Of a stretch of 30,140 nucleotides of DNA, positions 1-7,713 are shown piece after piece. Every line of letters begins with the position of its first letter. The stretch's first letter is position 1. Origin of the DNA: a virus. Taxonomy: Duplodnaviria; Caudoviricetes. The translations under genes were made by a program, and so were the position numbers. Location: IMG/VR virus record IMGVR_UViG_3300032330_000331, positions 1 through 30,140 of that record, one strand, 5' to 3'. The notes beneath the pieces were generated by a model, which saw only the letters and a list, made by a program, of their open reading frames with translations, was not told the DNA's origin and ran no database searches.

Positions 1-1
1 A

Positions 2-1009
2 CCTGATGAAGCTGAAATAGTTAATCAGTACAGAGCAATCAAAAGAGAATCAAATAGTTTAGGATTAGATGATTCAGATGTAAAACACGGATGGTTAAAG
101 TCTAAAAATGCTTCATTGTTCTTCAAAAATCCGAACTTTAAAGAAGCTGAAGAAATAAACTACAAGGAATTACAGGAAGCAATCATTCAGGATATTCGTG
201 ATTTTAAACCTGAATATCCTACAATCTTTAGGAATCCATCTACTGACGGACATTTACTTGTGGTTGATCCTGCTGACATTCACATCGGAAAATTATGTGA
301 AGCATTTGAAACAGGTGAAGATTACAATAATCAAATTGCAGTCAAACGAGTAAAAGACGGAGTACAAGGAATCTTAGATAAAAGCTCAGGGTTTAACATT
401 GATAAAATTCTTTTTATTGGAGGAAACGATATCTTACATATTGACACACCAAAACGAACTACTACTGGAGGAACACCACAGGACACGGATGGAATGTGGT
501 ATTCTAATTTTTTAATCGCAAAACAATTGTATGTTGACATCTTGGAAACTTTGCTATCTGTTGCTGATGTGCATTTTACCTTTAATCCATCTAATCACGA
601 TTATACACACGGATTCTTCCTTGCAGACGTTATACAAACGTGGTTTAGAAGTTGTGATAATATTACTTTCGATTGTTCTATTGCTCATCGCAAGGGATTT
701 CTATATGGGAAAAATCTAATCGGAACTACTCATGGAGACGGAGCAAAACACGAACACTTACCTTTATTGATGGCGACCGAGTTTCCTCATGAATGGAGCT
801 TAAGTAAACATCGTTACGTTTATACGCATCACGTTCATCACAAGACTTCTAAAGATTACATCGGAGTAACAGTTGAATCGTTGCGATCACCTTCAGGAAC
901 AGATTCATGGCATCACAGAAACGGCTACCAGCATTCACCACAAGCAGTAGAAGGATTTCTGCATCACAAAGATTTTGGACAAGTTGCTAGATTAAGTCAT
1001 ATATTTTAG
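2..1009 (+). CDS. Calcineurin-like metallophosphoesterase (5'-truncated)
   Basis: Frame is open from position 2 (PDEAEIVNQYRAIKRE...), so the true start lies outside the window. Motifs: DIHIG, GNDILH, SNHD, HGD, HHVHH. Confidence 0.8.
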   Translation, partial: PDEAEIVNQYRAIKRESNSLGLDDSDVKHGWLKSKNASLFFKNPNFKEAEEINYKELQEAIIQDIRDFKPEYPTIFRNPSTDGHLLVVDPADIHIGKLCEAFETGEDYNNQIAVKRVKDGVQGILDKSSGFNIDKILFIGGNDILHIDTPKRTTTGGTPQDTDGMWYSNFLIAKQLYVDILETLLSVADVHFTFNPSNHDYTHGFFLADVIQTWFRSCDNITFDCSIAHRKGFLYGKNLIGTTHGDGAKHEHLPLLMATEFPHEWSLSKHRYVYTHHVHHKTSKDYIGVTVESLRSPSGTDSWHHRNGYQHSPQAVEGFLHHKDFGQVARLSHIF

Positions 1010-1017
1010 TATATTTG
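1010..1017 (+). promoter_or_regulatory. Bacteroidota sigma-A -7 element
   Basis: TATATTTG matches TAnnTTTG, directly after the phosphoesterase stop codon. Confidence 0.5.
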
Positions 1018-1048
1018 TAACTTCATAGTTAAATTTGGTTTTACAATT

Positions 1049-1081
1049 AAGGGTAGGTACGTAATGTATCTACCCTTTTTT
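1049..1081 (+). terminator. Intrinsic terminator between convergent genes
   Basis: AAGGGTAGGTAC-gtaat-GTATCTACCCTT stem followed by a T run. Confidence 0.85.
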
Positions 1082-1085
1082 CATG

Positions 1086-1559
1086 CTATACAAATCTGTA
1101 TTCAAACTTCTTATTAAATAGCTTAGCAATTTTATAAAGTATTCCAAGCGTAAGTTTACCTTGCATTTCACGTTGCTCTATTTCATACATTGATTGTGAA
1201 GTACACCCATACATTTCACCAAGTGTTTCTAAGGACATATTTTTACTTAATCTTTCATATTTAATTAATCCAATAACAGGTATTTTTTCTTCTGTAGTAA
1301 AACCATATTCCCACAACAAACATTTCTTATCTATGAAATATTCTAGAATTGAACTGTCGTAATTAAACCATTCTCCACTAACTCTAAAATCTTTAAACTT
1401 TTGGTGCAGTTCTTTTTCTAAACTTACGTTACCTTCTATAAGGTGCAATACTTCAAGTTTAACAGGACTAGAAACCTGTAACTGAGAAAGTCTTTTATTA
1501 ATGTTTTTTGTAAATCCAATCTTAACAAATTGGTCTAAATGTGCTACTAAATATATCAT
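1086..1559 (-). CDS. GIY-YIG (T5orf172/MUG113-like) nuclease fused to C-terminal XRE-type HTH
   Basis: IYLV..VKIGFT..NKRLSQLQ..SP..E..LH..F...R..GEWF signature; C-terminal MSLETLGEMYGCTSQSMYEIE HTH. Only credible minus-strand gene. Confidence 0.8.
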   Translation of the reverse strand: MIYLVAHLDQFVKIGFTKNINKRLSQLQVSSPVKLEVLHLIEGNVSLEKELHQKFKDFRVSGEWFNYDSSILEYFIDKKCLLWEYGFTTEEKIPVIGLIKYERLSKNMSLETLGEMYGCTSQSMYEIEQREMQGKLTLGILYKIAKLFNKKFEYRFV

Positions 1560-1970
1560 ATTATCATGTTTTAACCTTATAAAGATACTAAATAAATGCG
1601 ATATTTAAGGTTGAATACTTTATTTTTTCAGGCTATAACCTTTATTTTACCTTTGTTCTGTTACAAAACTATCCCATATTTACCTTTGTTTTGTAGCAAT
1701 ATAATGTGATTCTGCATATTATTTTATTCGTAAATGGTCATTTAAATGTCAAATACACAATATAATGTCACTTTTAAGTTACTTTATGTATACGTATTTA
1801 TACGCATTGATACGTAAAATATACGTATTTAAACCTTATAGGGTATAAATTATCCTAGTAAAACCTAGCATTTTAAAAATAATTGTAAAAAAAATAAAAA
1901 TAATTGTTCATAATTGAAACCTTATGTTTATATTTGCATATAAGTAATTCAAATAACAAATTTAAAAGCT
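1560..1970. promoter_or_regulatory. Main non-coding control region with tandem promoters, direct repeats and palindromes
   Basis: TACCTTTG at 1648 and 1681, TATATTTG at 1929; near-consensus TATCTTTA on minus strand at 1580-1587; CAATATAATGT at 1697 and 1758; ATACGTATTTA at 1790 and 1821. Confidence 0.65.
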
Positions 1971-2135
1971 ATGAAAAAACAAGAAATGATTAACACTATC
2001 CTAGAAGAAAAGGATAAATTATGGACAGAAATGATGGAGTGTATTGACAAACTAGGAATGCGTGATCCAATTACAGATGCAGCTGTTGCACGTTGGGGAG
2101 TTATTAATCAATTAGTAAAATCTTTAGGACTATGA
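1971..2135 (+). CDS. Hypothetical early protein, 54 aa (MKKQEMINTILEEKDKLW...), not in ORF track
   Basis: ATG after TATATTTG promoter and A-rich leader; ATGA overlap with next gene. Confidence 0.75.
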   Translation: MKKQEMINTILEEKDKLWTEMMECIDKLGMRDPITDAAVARWGVINQLVKSLGL

Positions 2136-2317
2136 AAACAAGAAACGAAGTATTGGATTTATTTATTCCAGTAGCATTATTTTTGGTTGTAATGAGCTTT
2201 TTCATCGCAACTACACCAAACTACATTAAAGAAGATAAAGTCATTCAGGACATTCCTATACACGTTCAATCACCTGTATTAGAGAAATACGGAGAGTTAA
2301 TTACTAAAAACAAATAA
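2132..2317 (+). CDS. Small membrane protein
   Basis: One hydrophobic segment LFIPVALFLVVMSFFIA; coupled to upstream ORF. Confidence 0.65.
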   Translation: MKTRNEVLDLFIPVALFLVVMSFFIATTPNYIKEDKVIQDIPIHVQSPVLEKYGELITKNK

Positions 2318-2318
2318 G

Positions 2319-2654
2319 ATGTTAGATATAGAATACGACAAAAACGAAATGACAATCAGTTACGAAAGAGGAAAAATATGCTTTCTAGTTACTTTAGATT
2401 GGTGGTGGGATGATTACAGTAAAGATCAAATTTTTGACACGGAATGGGTTAATATTAATTTTGATATTAAAGATGCTGAATGGTGGGTTGAAGATAAAGA
2501 AGGAGTTCATAAAATCAAACCTACAATACTTTACAAAGAATGGCTAGCAGAAGAAATTGAAAAAATGCGTAGAAACGAAGGATTCCTGTTTGACGATATG
2601 CGAGAACGTATTTGTGAAATTCACGAAGATAAATCAGAATATTATGATTTTTAA
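2319..2654 (+). CDS. Hypothetical acidic, Trp-rich protein
   Basis: 111-aa ORF in tightly packed operon. Confidence 0.7.
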   Translation: MLDIEYDKNEMTISYERGKICFLVTLDWWWDDYSKDQIFDTEWVNINFDIKDAEWWVEDKEGVHKIKPTILYKEWLAEEIEKMRRNEGFLFDDMRERICEIHEDKSEYYDF

Positions 2655-2772
2655 ACTACAACGAATGATTCAGTTTTGGAAAACGAAGTCATCAGCAGAA
2701 ACAATTAGAGGCAGCTTCAACGAGGAGCTTTACAGAAGAATATGTGAAATAAAATTTAATCAAGAGTTATGA
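2644..2772 (+). CDS. Hypothetical protein, 42 aa (MIFKLQRMIQFWK...)
   Basis: Internal ATG of track ORF 2557..2772 gives a short overlap upstream and an ATGA overlap downstream. Confidence 0.6.
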   Translation: MIFKLQRMIQFWKTKSSAETIRGSFNEELYRRICEIKFNQEL

Positions 2773-2981
2773 CGTATTATTGGAAAATGAAAAATGGAAA
2801 TTTAATTGATGTTGACCAAATGACTGAAACGCATTTACGAAACACGTTAAAAATGATTGTAAGAAATAGTCAGGTGAAACCTACTAAAACACGAATCGGA
2901 AACATAGAAGAAAACTTTATGGAGGAAGTTTACTTGGAGTATGCAGACGAAGAAACACTAAACGATTTTTACGGATTTTAA
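2769..2981 (+). CDS. Hypothetical phage protein
   Basis: 70-aa ORF with W-x4-G-x2-I-x4-M-x3-HL-x-N pattern; ATGA overlap. Confidence 0.7.
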   Translation: MTYYWKMKNGNLIDVDQMTETHLRNTLKMIVRNSQVKPTKTRIGNIEENFMEEVYLEYADEETLNDFYGF

Positions 2982-2991
2982 ACTAAAAAAA

Positions 2992-3144
2992 ATGAAATAC
3001 AAACTAACTTACAAAATAGGATTAGCTATAGTTCAAGAATGGATATTTACATCCAAGAGTTTAGCATACTGGAAAAAGAGGGATCTAATCGAAACAGGAC
3101 GTTTTAATATGGGTAGTTTTCAAATAGAAGAATTTAAATTTTAA
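2992..3144 (+). CDS. Hypothetical protein, 50 aa (MKYKLTYKIGLAIVQEW...), not in ORF track
   Basis: ATG after A-run; fills the gap between neighbours exactly. Confidence 0.65.
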   Translation: MKYKLTYKIGLAIVQEWIFTSKSLAYWKKRDLIETGRFNMGSFQIEEFKF

Positions 3145-3148
3145 CGAA

Positions 3149-3559
3149 ATGAAAAACGATTTAATAGAACGAGTAACGTATCTAATCGAAAGAGACGAAC
3201 TCAATAAGAGAAATAGACGAAAAGAAAATATTTATAAGAAGTGCTTTTTGATGAACCAACTACGAAAAGAGGAACTAACTTTTAACGAAATAGGTGCTTA
3301 CTTCAATCAGCATCATGCTTCAGTAATTCACAATATTAAAACGCATAAAAATCTCATGCAATATAATAAAGATGAATACATGGGAATCATTAGGGAATAT
3401 CAAGTATTCCTAGTTGACTCAAAGTACATTCTACAGCCTAGAAACATTATTGACGATGTAAACGGATGTACAAGTCTTTACAAGTTGTTACGTGTCAAAA
3501 GATGGATTGCAGAAGGCAGATATAAAAATTTAGAAGATGAAGCAACTTTATTAGAATAA
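3149..3559 (+). CDS. DnaA C-terminal-like HTH DNA-binding protein
   Basis: LTFNEIGAYFNQHHASVIHNIK resembles the DnaA domain IV signature (SLxEIGxxFxxRDHTTVxH). Confidence 0.6.
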   Translation: MKNDLIERVTYLIERDELNKRNRRKENIYKKCFLMNQLRKEELTFNEIGAYFNQHHASVIHNIKTHKNLMQYNKDEYMGIIREYQVFLVDSKYILQPRNIIDDVNGCTSLYKLLRVKRWIAEGRYKNLEDEATLLE

Positions 3560-3566
3560 GTTTCGT

Positions 3567-3574
3567 TATCTTTG
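3567..3574 (+). promoter_or_regulatory. Bacteroidota -7 promoter element for replication operon
   Basis: TATCTTTG in the gap after gene 3149..3559. Confidence 0.7.
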
Positions 3575-3576
3575 TA

Positions 3577-3667
3577 TGCGTTCATCCGACAATATAAACG
3601 CAAGGATATTATTAGCCATTTTAATGAACAAGAGGTCGGATGCTTGGGATTTAAGATGGCTTTTTTT
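3577..3667 (+). ncRNA. Structured leader RNA: two hairpins with complementary loops, ending in T7
   Basis: TGCGTT/AACGCA stem with loop CATCCGAC; AGCCATTTTAA/TTAAGATGGCT stem with loop GTCGGATG; the loops are exact reverse complements. Confidence 0.65.
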
Positions 3668-3685
3668 ATTACTTATAATTTGCTA

Positions 3686-4306
3686 ATGGCAACAGAAAAA
3701 AATTCATTCCTGCTTTACTGTGATATTATTCACACTGTAGAGAAATTAAAAGATGTAGATGCAGGAGCTTTACTTAAACACATCTTGCGTTATGTTAATG
3801 ATCAACATCCAGTAACAGACAACCCACTTGTAGAAATTGCATTTGAACCGATTAGACAAAGTCTCAAGCGTGATTTACTAAAATACGAAAACATACGAGA
3901 ACGTAATAGTGCTAACGCAAAGAAGCGATGGGATGCGAAAGAATGCGACCGTATACCAAATGATACCAAAAATGCCGATAGTGATAGTGTAAGTGATAGT
4001 GTAAGTGTAATATATAATATAGACTATCAAGCGTTGCTTGACTTTGTGAATAAAACTTTTGGCAGAAACTTTAAAGTAATTGCTGATAAGGTACAACGTT
4101 CATACAAAGCACGTTTAAAAGACGGATACAAAAAAGAGGATATTATAAACGCTATCAAAAACTGCAAAGAGAATCCTTACCACAAAGAAAACAACTACCA
4201 GTATTGTACACCTGAATTTTTTAGTAGAGCTGAGACGTTAGATAAATATGCTGACAGGACGATAAAAACGGAAAGTGATAGTATATTAGCAATCTTAAAC
4301 AAATAA
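3686..4306 (+). CDS. Replication initiator / replisome organizer (DUF6291-like N-terminus)
   Basis: MATEKNSFLLYCD..AGALLKHILRY..YENIRERNSANAKKRW, low-complexity linker, C-terminal TPEFFSR..LDKY; upstream of helicase. Start moved to ATG 3686 because the track's extension overlaps the promoter and leader RNA. Confidence 0.75.
   Translation: MATEKNSFLLYCDIIHTVEKLKDVDAGALLKHILRYVNDQHPVTDNPLVEIAFEPIRQSLKRDLLKYENIRERNSANAKKRWDAKECDRIPNDTKNADSDSVSDSVSVIYNIDYQALLDFVNKTFGRNFKVIADKVQRSYKARLKDGYKKEDIINAIKNCKENPYHKENNYQYCTPEFFSRAETLDKYADRTIKTESDSILAILNK
3923..4020 (+). repeat. Putative replication origin iterons inside initiator gene
   Basis: 10-bp phased AAGCGA/ATGCGA/ATGCGA/ATACCA/ATACCA at 3923-3968, then GATAGT/GTAAGT hexamer tandem 3977-4010 and an AT tract. 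Confidence 0.55.
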
Positions 4307-4308
4307 CT

Positions 4309-5238
4309 ATGATACTGAAACAAGGAGATTCGTTACAATATCTATTGGATGTAAAAGACGGCAAGATTAAACAAGGGTTAGGATTAGACTGCTTCCTCGA
4401 TGAGCATTTAAGATTTAAACCTAAGCAACTAAACATAATTTTAGGTCACGACAACGTAGGAAAAACTTATTGGATAAATTGGTACTTTCTTACGCTAGCA
4501 TTAAAGCACAATTTAACCTTCTGCATTTGGAGTGGTGAGAATCAGAAAGGACAAATCCTGCGTGATATGATACAGATGTACAGAGGTAAGCCATTTAAAG
4601 AACTTAGTCATTCTCAGATAACCGGAGACCTTGCATTTTTAGAACAGTCATTTATGTTCATTGATAACTCTAAACTTTACAAACCTGCAGATGTATTAAA
4701 GCTATTTTTAGAAAGCGGAGCTGATGTTGGATTAATAGACCCATTTACAGGACTTGATAGAGAGATGAGCTTTGCAGGAAACTATGAATTTATGAACCAA
4801 GCAAGACAATTTGTTAATCAGACAGGAATGACAATCTACATAAACACGCACCCAAATACTGAATCAGGTAGAACAGGGAACTTGTATGCTGATGGAGAAC
4901 TAAAAGGACATCTAAAAGCACCATTAAAAGACCACATTGAAGGAGGTAAGGCATTCTTAAACAGATGTGACGATATGATTGTTATACATAGACTAATCAA
5001 ACATCCTGAGTTAAAATACAAAACTTGGGTACAAGTAGAAAAGGTCAAAGATATGGAAACAGGAGGAAAACATACAGGAATGGATGAACCAGTTGTTTGT
5101 GATTTTAACAAAGGCATTGGATTTGAAATACACGGAAAAGACCCTTTAAAACCTTACAGAGTAAAAGAACCTTTCCAAGCCAAAATTACAATGACAGAGC
5201 AGAAGTTGAACGCACTAAACAACAAAGGATGGACATAG
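4309..5238 (+). CDS. DnaB-like (SF4) replicative helicase
   Basis: Walker A GHDNVGKT, WSGE, Walker B GLIDP, THP motif; follows initiator. Confidence 0.8.
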   Translation: MILKQGDSLQYLLDVKDGKIKQGLGLDCFLDEHLRFKPKQLNIILGHDNVGKTYWINWYFLTLALKHNLTFCIWSGENQKGQILRDMIQMYRGKPFKELSHSQITGDLAFLEQSFMFIDNSKLYKPADVLKLFLESGADVGLIDPFTGLDREMSFAGNYEFMNQARQFVNQTGMTIYINTHPNTESGRTGNLYADGELKGHLKAPLKDHIEGGKAFLNRCDDMIVIHRLIKHPELKYKTWVQVEKVKDMETGGKHTGMDEPVVCDFNKGIGFEIHGKDPLKPYRVKEPFQAKITMTEQKLNALNNKGWT

Positions 5239-5525
5239 GATTAAAACTACTTTACATCAAAGGACTTATTCAAAAGAACATTTGGAAAGTAAAGCTAACA
5301 CGAGAAGAATTACAGGAGAAACGACCTGAAGCTGCAGCGTACATTAATGGAGCAAGAGACACGGAGAACGATTTAAAGCAAGTACAGTTAGCAATCATTG
5401 AACTTGAGACAGAACTACGCTTACACGGACGAGAAATCAACAGATGTCTGCATATAAACGGAGAATTAAAGAAAAGAATAGAAGAATTAGAACACGAACT
5501 TAAATTTAAAAACGTAGAATTATGA
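5229..5525 (+). CDS. Hypothetical coiled-coil protein
   Basis: Heptad-rich 98-aa ORF overlapping both neighbours. Confidence 0.7.
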   Translation: MDIGLKLLYIKGLIQKNIWKVKLTREELQEKRPEAAAYINGARDTENDLKQVQLAIIELETELRLHGREINRCLHINGELKKRIEELEHELKFKNVEL

Positions 5526-5776
5526 GAATAGAGCATAAGCTAGTTGCACTAGCAGCAGTACTTCCAGTATTAGCAGATTGGATAGAAGACCTAAACGATC
5601 AATCAGTATTTAAACGAGACCTAAAACGCAAAGCAAATATGTTAATGCAAGAGATTAGACGAGTGGATGACCAAGTTTTAAGTATTTACGGAGATAACCG
5701 AGAGCAAATCTACGAACAACAGGTAGACTTGCAGATTAGATTCCGTCAATTTGTAGAATCAATAATTGTAGACTGA
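5522..5776 (+). CDS. Hypothetical protein
   Basis: 84-aa ORF with ATGA overlap. Confidence 0.7.
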   Translation: MRIEHKLVALAAVLPVLADWIEDLNDQSVFKRDLKRKANMLMQEIRRVDDQVLSIYGDNREQIYEQQVDLQIRFRQFVESIIVD

Positions 5777-5976
5777 TGAATCAAAATAGAATTTTCAGAG
5801 TAATTAAATTAATGGAATATTTACAAACTAAACCAAGACCAATTTATGCAATGGTTAGATATTTACAAATTTCAGAACGATCAGTTTATCGTTATTTAAA
5901 AATGTATGAAAAATTAGGATATAAATTAAACAAGGATAAGTTTAGTAAATATTCAATCACTAAATTACCGTTATGA
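5776..5976 (+). CDS. Stand-alone winged HTH (HTH_11-like) protein
   Basis: RIFRVIKLMEYL...LQISERSVYRYLKMYEKLGY pattern typical of WYL/DeoR N-terminal HTHs. Confidence 0.7.
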   Translation: MNQNRIFRVIKLMEYLQTKPRPIYAMVRYLQISERSVYRYLKMYEKLGYKLNKDKFSKYSITKLPL

Positions 5977-6491
5977 GATGTAAAAACTGCAAACAAAAGT
6001 TTGAACCTATCAGATTCAATCAAAAATATTGCTTACAACATGAATGTTTAAAAGCTGCTGTTGTAGAATTCCAACAAAAACAATGGAAAGTAACCAAAAC
6101 ACGGATGAAACAAGAACTTAAAACTACTCAGGATTGGCTAAAAGAAGCACAGACAATCTTCAATAAGTACATAAACTTAAGAGATAAAGGATTACCTTGT
6201 ATATCTTGTGACAAACCAATAACAGGTAGAGTTAATGCTTCTCACTTTTGGAACGCTAACAATCACCATAACGTAAGATTCGATGAAGACAATGTACATT
6301 CAAGCTGCATTACTTGCAATCAATTCTTATCAGGTAACTTGTTGGAATATCGAACAAGACTATGTTCTAAAATCGGACAAGAAAGATTTGATGAACTAGA
6401 AGCAAAAAGACACGTTACAAAAAAATGGACAAAAGACGAATTAAAAGAAATTATAAAAAAATATAAAGATTTAGTGCGAGATATGAAATAA
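5973..6491 (+). CDS. ninG: NinG/Rap-family recombination endonuclease
   Basis: CKNC..C..C, AQTIFNKYINLRD..PCISC, ASHF, RFDEDNVHSSCITCNQFLSGNLLEY. Confidence 0.9.
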   Translation: MRCKNCKQKFEPIRFNQKYCLQHECLKAAVVEFQQKQWKVTKTRMKQELKTTQDWLKEAQTIFNKYINLRDKGLPCISCDKPITGRVNASHFWNANNHHNVRFDEDNVHSSCITCNQFLSGNLLEYRTRLCSKIGQERFDELEAKRHVTKKWTKDELKEIIKKYKDLVRDMK

Positions 6492-6496
6492 TGTTA

Positions 6497-6504
6497 TATC
6501 TTTG
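6497..6504 (+). promoter_or_regulatory. Bacteroidota -7 promoter element for recombination genes
   Basis: TATCTTTG 22 nt upstream of ATG 6527. Confidence 0.65.
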
Positions 6505-6526
6505 TATAAACAAAACCCAATTTATT

Positions 6527-7045
6527 ATGAAACATTTATTTAAATCGTTGGCTCAGTTCCAACAAGAAGTACCAGTGATCCACAAAGCAACACAAGGCTA
6601 TGGATATTCTTACTCGGATTTACCTAAGATTTTTAGTGTAATAAATCCACTATTAAAAAAACACGGATTAGGATTTACTCAGTTAATTAACGAAGGGGAT
6701 GTCTTGACGATTCTTTTCCACGTAGAATCAGGAGAACAAATCCAAAGCTCAACTACTATTCCTCAGAACGTACAACTGAAAGGAATGAACGATTTCCAAG
6801 TTCTAGGTTCTGCAATTACTTACATTCGCAGATATGCGATTAGTGCAATGCTAGGATTAGTAACAGATAAAGATACTGATGCAGGAGGAGAGCAAGTAAA
6901 AAACGAACCAAAGAAACAAACGCTAGACGCTAAGAGATTCCAAGATGCAGTCAAAGCACTAACAGAAGGAAAGATAACACGTGAATCTTTAGAAGCTAAG
7001 TTCACGTTAACAGAAGGTCAAATTGATATACTCAACGCACTATGA
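6527..7045 (+). CDS. erf: ERF-family ssDNA annealing protein
   Basis: YGYSYSDL, PLLKKHGL, HVESGE, QVLGSAITYIRRYAISAMLGLVTDKDTDA signature; start placed after the promoter. Confidence 0.9.
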   Translation: MKHLFKSLAQFQQEVPVIHKATQGYGYSYSDLPKIFSVINPLLKKHGLGFTQLINEGDVLTILFHVESGEQIQSSTTIPQNVQLKGMNDFQVLGSAITYIRRYAISAMLGLVTDKDTDAGGEQVKNEPKKQTLDAKRFQDAVKALTEGKITRESLEAKFTLTEGQIDILNAL

Positions 7046-7713
7046 AAGTTAGATGCTCTGCTATAGGAAAAATTATGTCAGCACCTCGTAATAAATCGGA
7101 GGTGCTTTCACAGACTGCAAAGACTTACATTCACGAGATGGTGCTGCAGGATAAATACGGAATCAGAAAAGAGTTCAGCTCACGTTACACAGACAAAGGA
7201 AATGAAGTTGAGAACGAATCAATAAACTTAGTCAATGAAGTGTTAGACGTTGGATTTATTTACAAGAATGAGGAGTTTTACGAGAATGATTGGATTACAG
7301 GAACACCTGACGTAAACACGGAAGAAGTATTGTTAGATGTTAAAAGCTCTTGGGATGGTTCTACCTTTCCGTTTTTTGAAACTGAGATACCTACAAAGGA
7401 CTATTACTACCAACTGCAAGGTTATATGTGGCTTACAGGTAAACAACAGTCAATGTTATGTTACTGTTTAGTTGATACTCCTGAGTTAATGGTTGAGGAT
7501 GAGATTAGAAGAACTCACTGGAAACTTAATCTAATGGAGGAAAGTTTGGATTTAAGAGACGAGATTCAGAAGAAGCATATCTTTAGCCACATTCCAAAGA
7601 ACAGACGTGTGAAGGTATTCTTTGTACAGAAAGACGAAGCAGTTATAGAACGAATCAAAGAGCAGGTAGAGCTTTGCCGAGAGTATTACAACACCTTAAT
7701 CAATTTCCTATGA
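7042..7713 (+). CDS. YqaJ/lambda-exonuclease-like PD-(D/E)XK nuclease
   Basis: RCSAIGKIM, KGNEVE, GTPD, DVKSSW, YYYQLQGYMWLTG; adjacent to ERF. Confidence 0.85.
   Translation: MKVRCSAIGKIMSAPRNKSEVLSQTAKTYIHEMVLQDKYGIRKEFSSRYTDKGNEVENESINLVNEVLDVGFIYKNEEFYENDWITGTPDVNTEEVLLDVKSSWDGSTFPFFETEIPTKDYYYQLQGYMWLTGKQQSMLCYCLVDTPELMVEDEIRRTHWKLNLMEESLDLRDEIQKKHIFSHIPKNRRVKVFFVQKDEAVIERIKEQVELCREYYNTLINFL

Noticed and set aside
3572-3685. N-terminal extension of the initiator given by the ORF track
   Set aside because: It overlaps a promoter element and a structured leader with a T run; the recognisable domain starts at ATG 3686.
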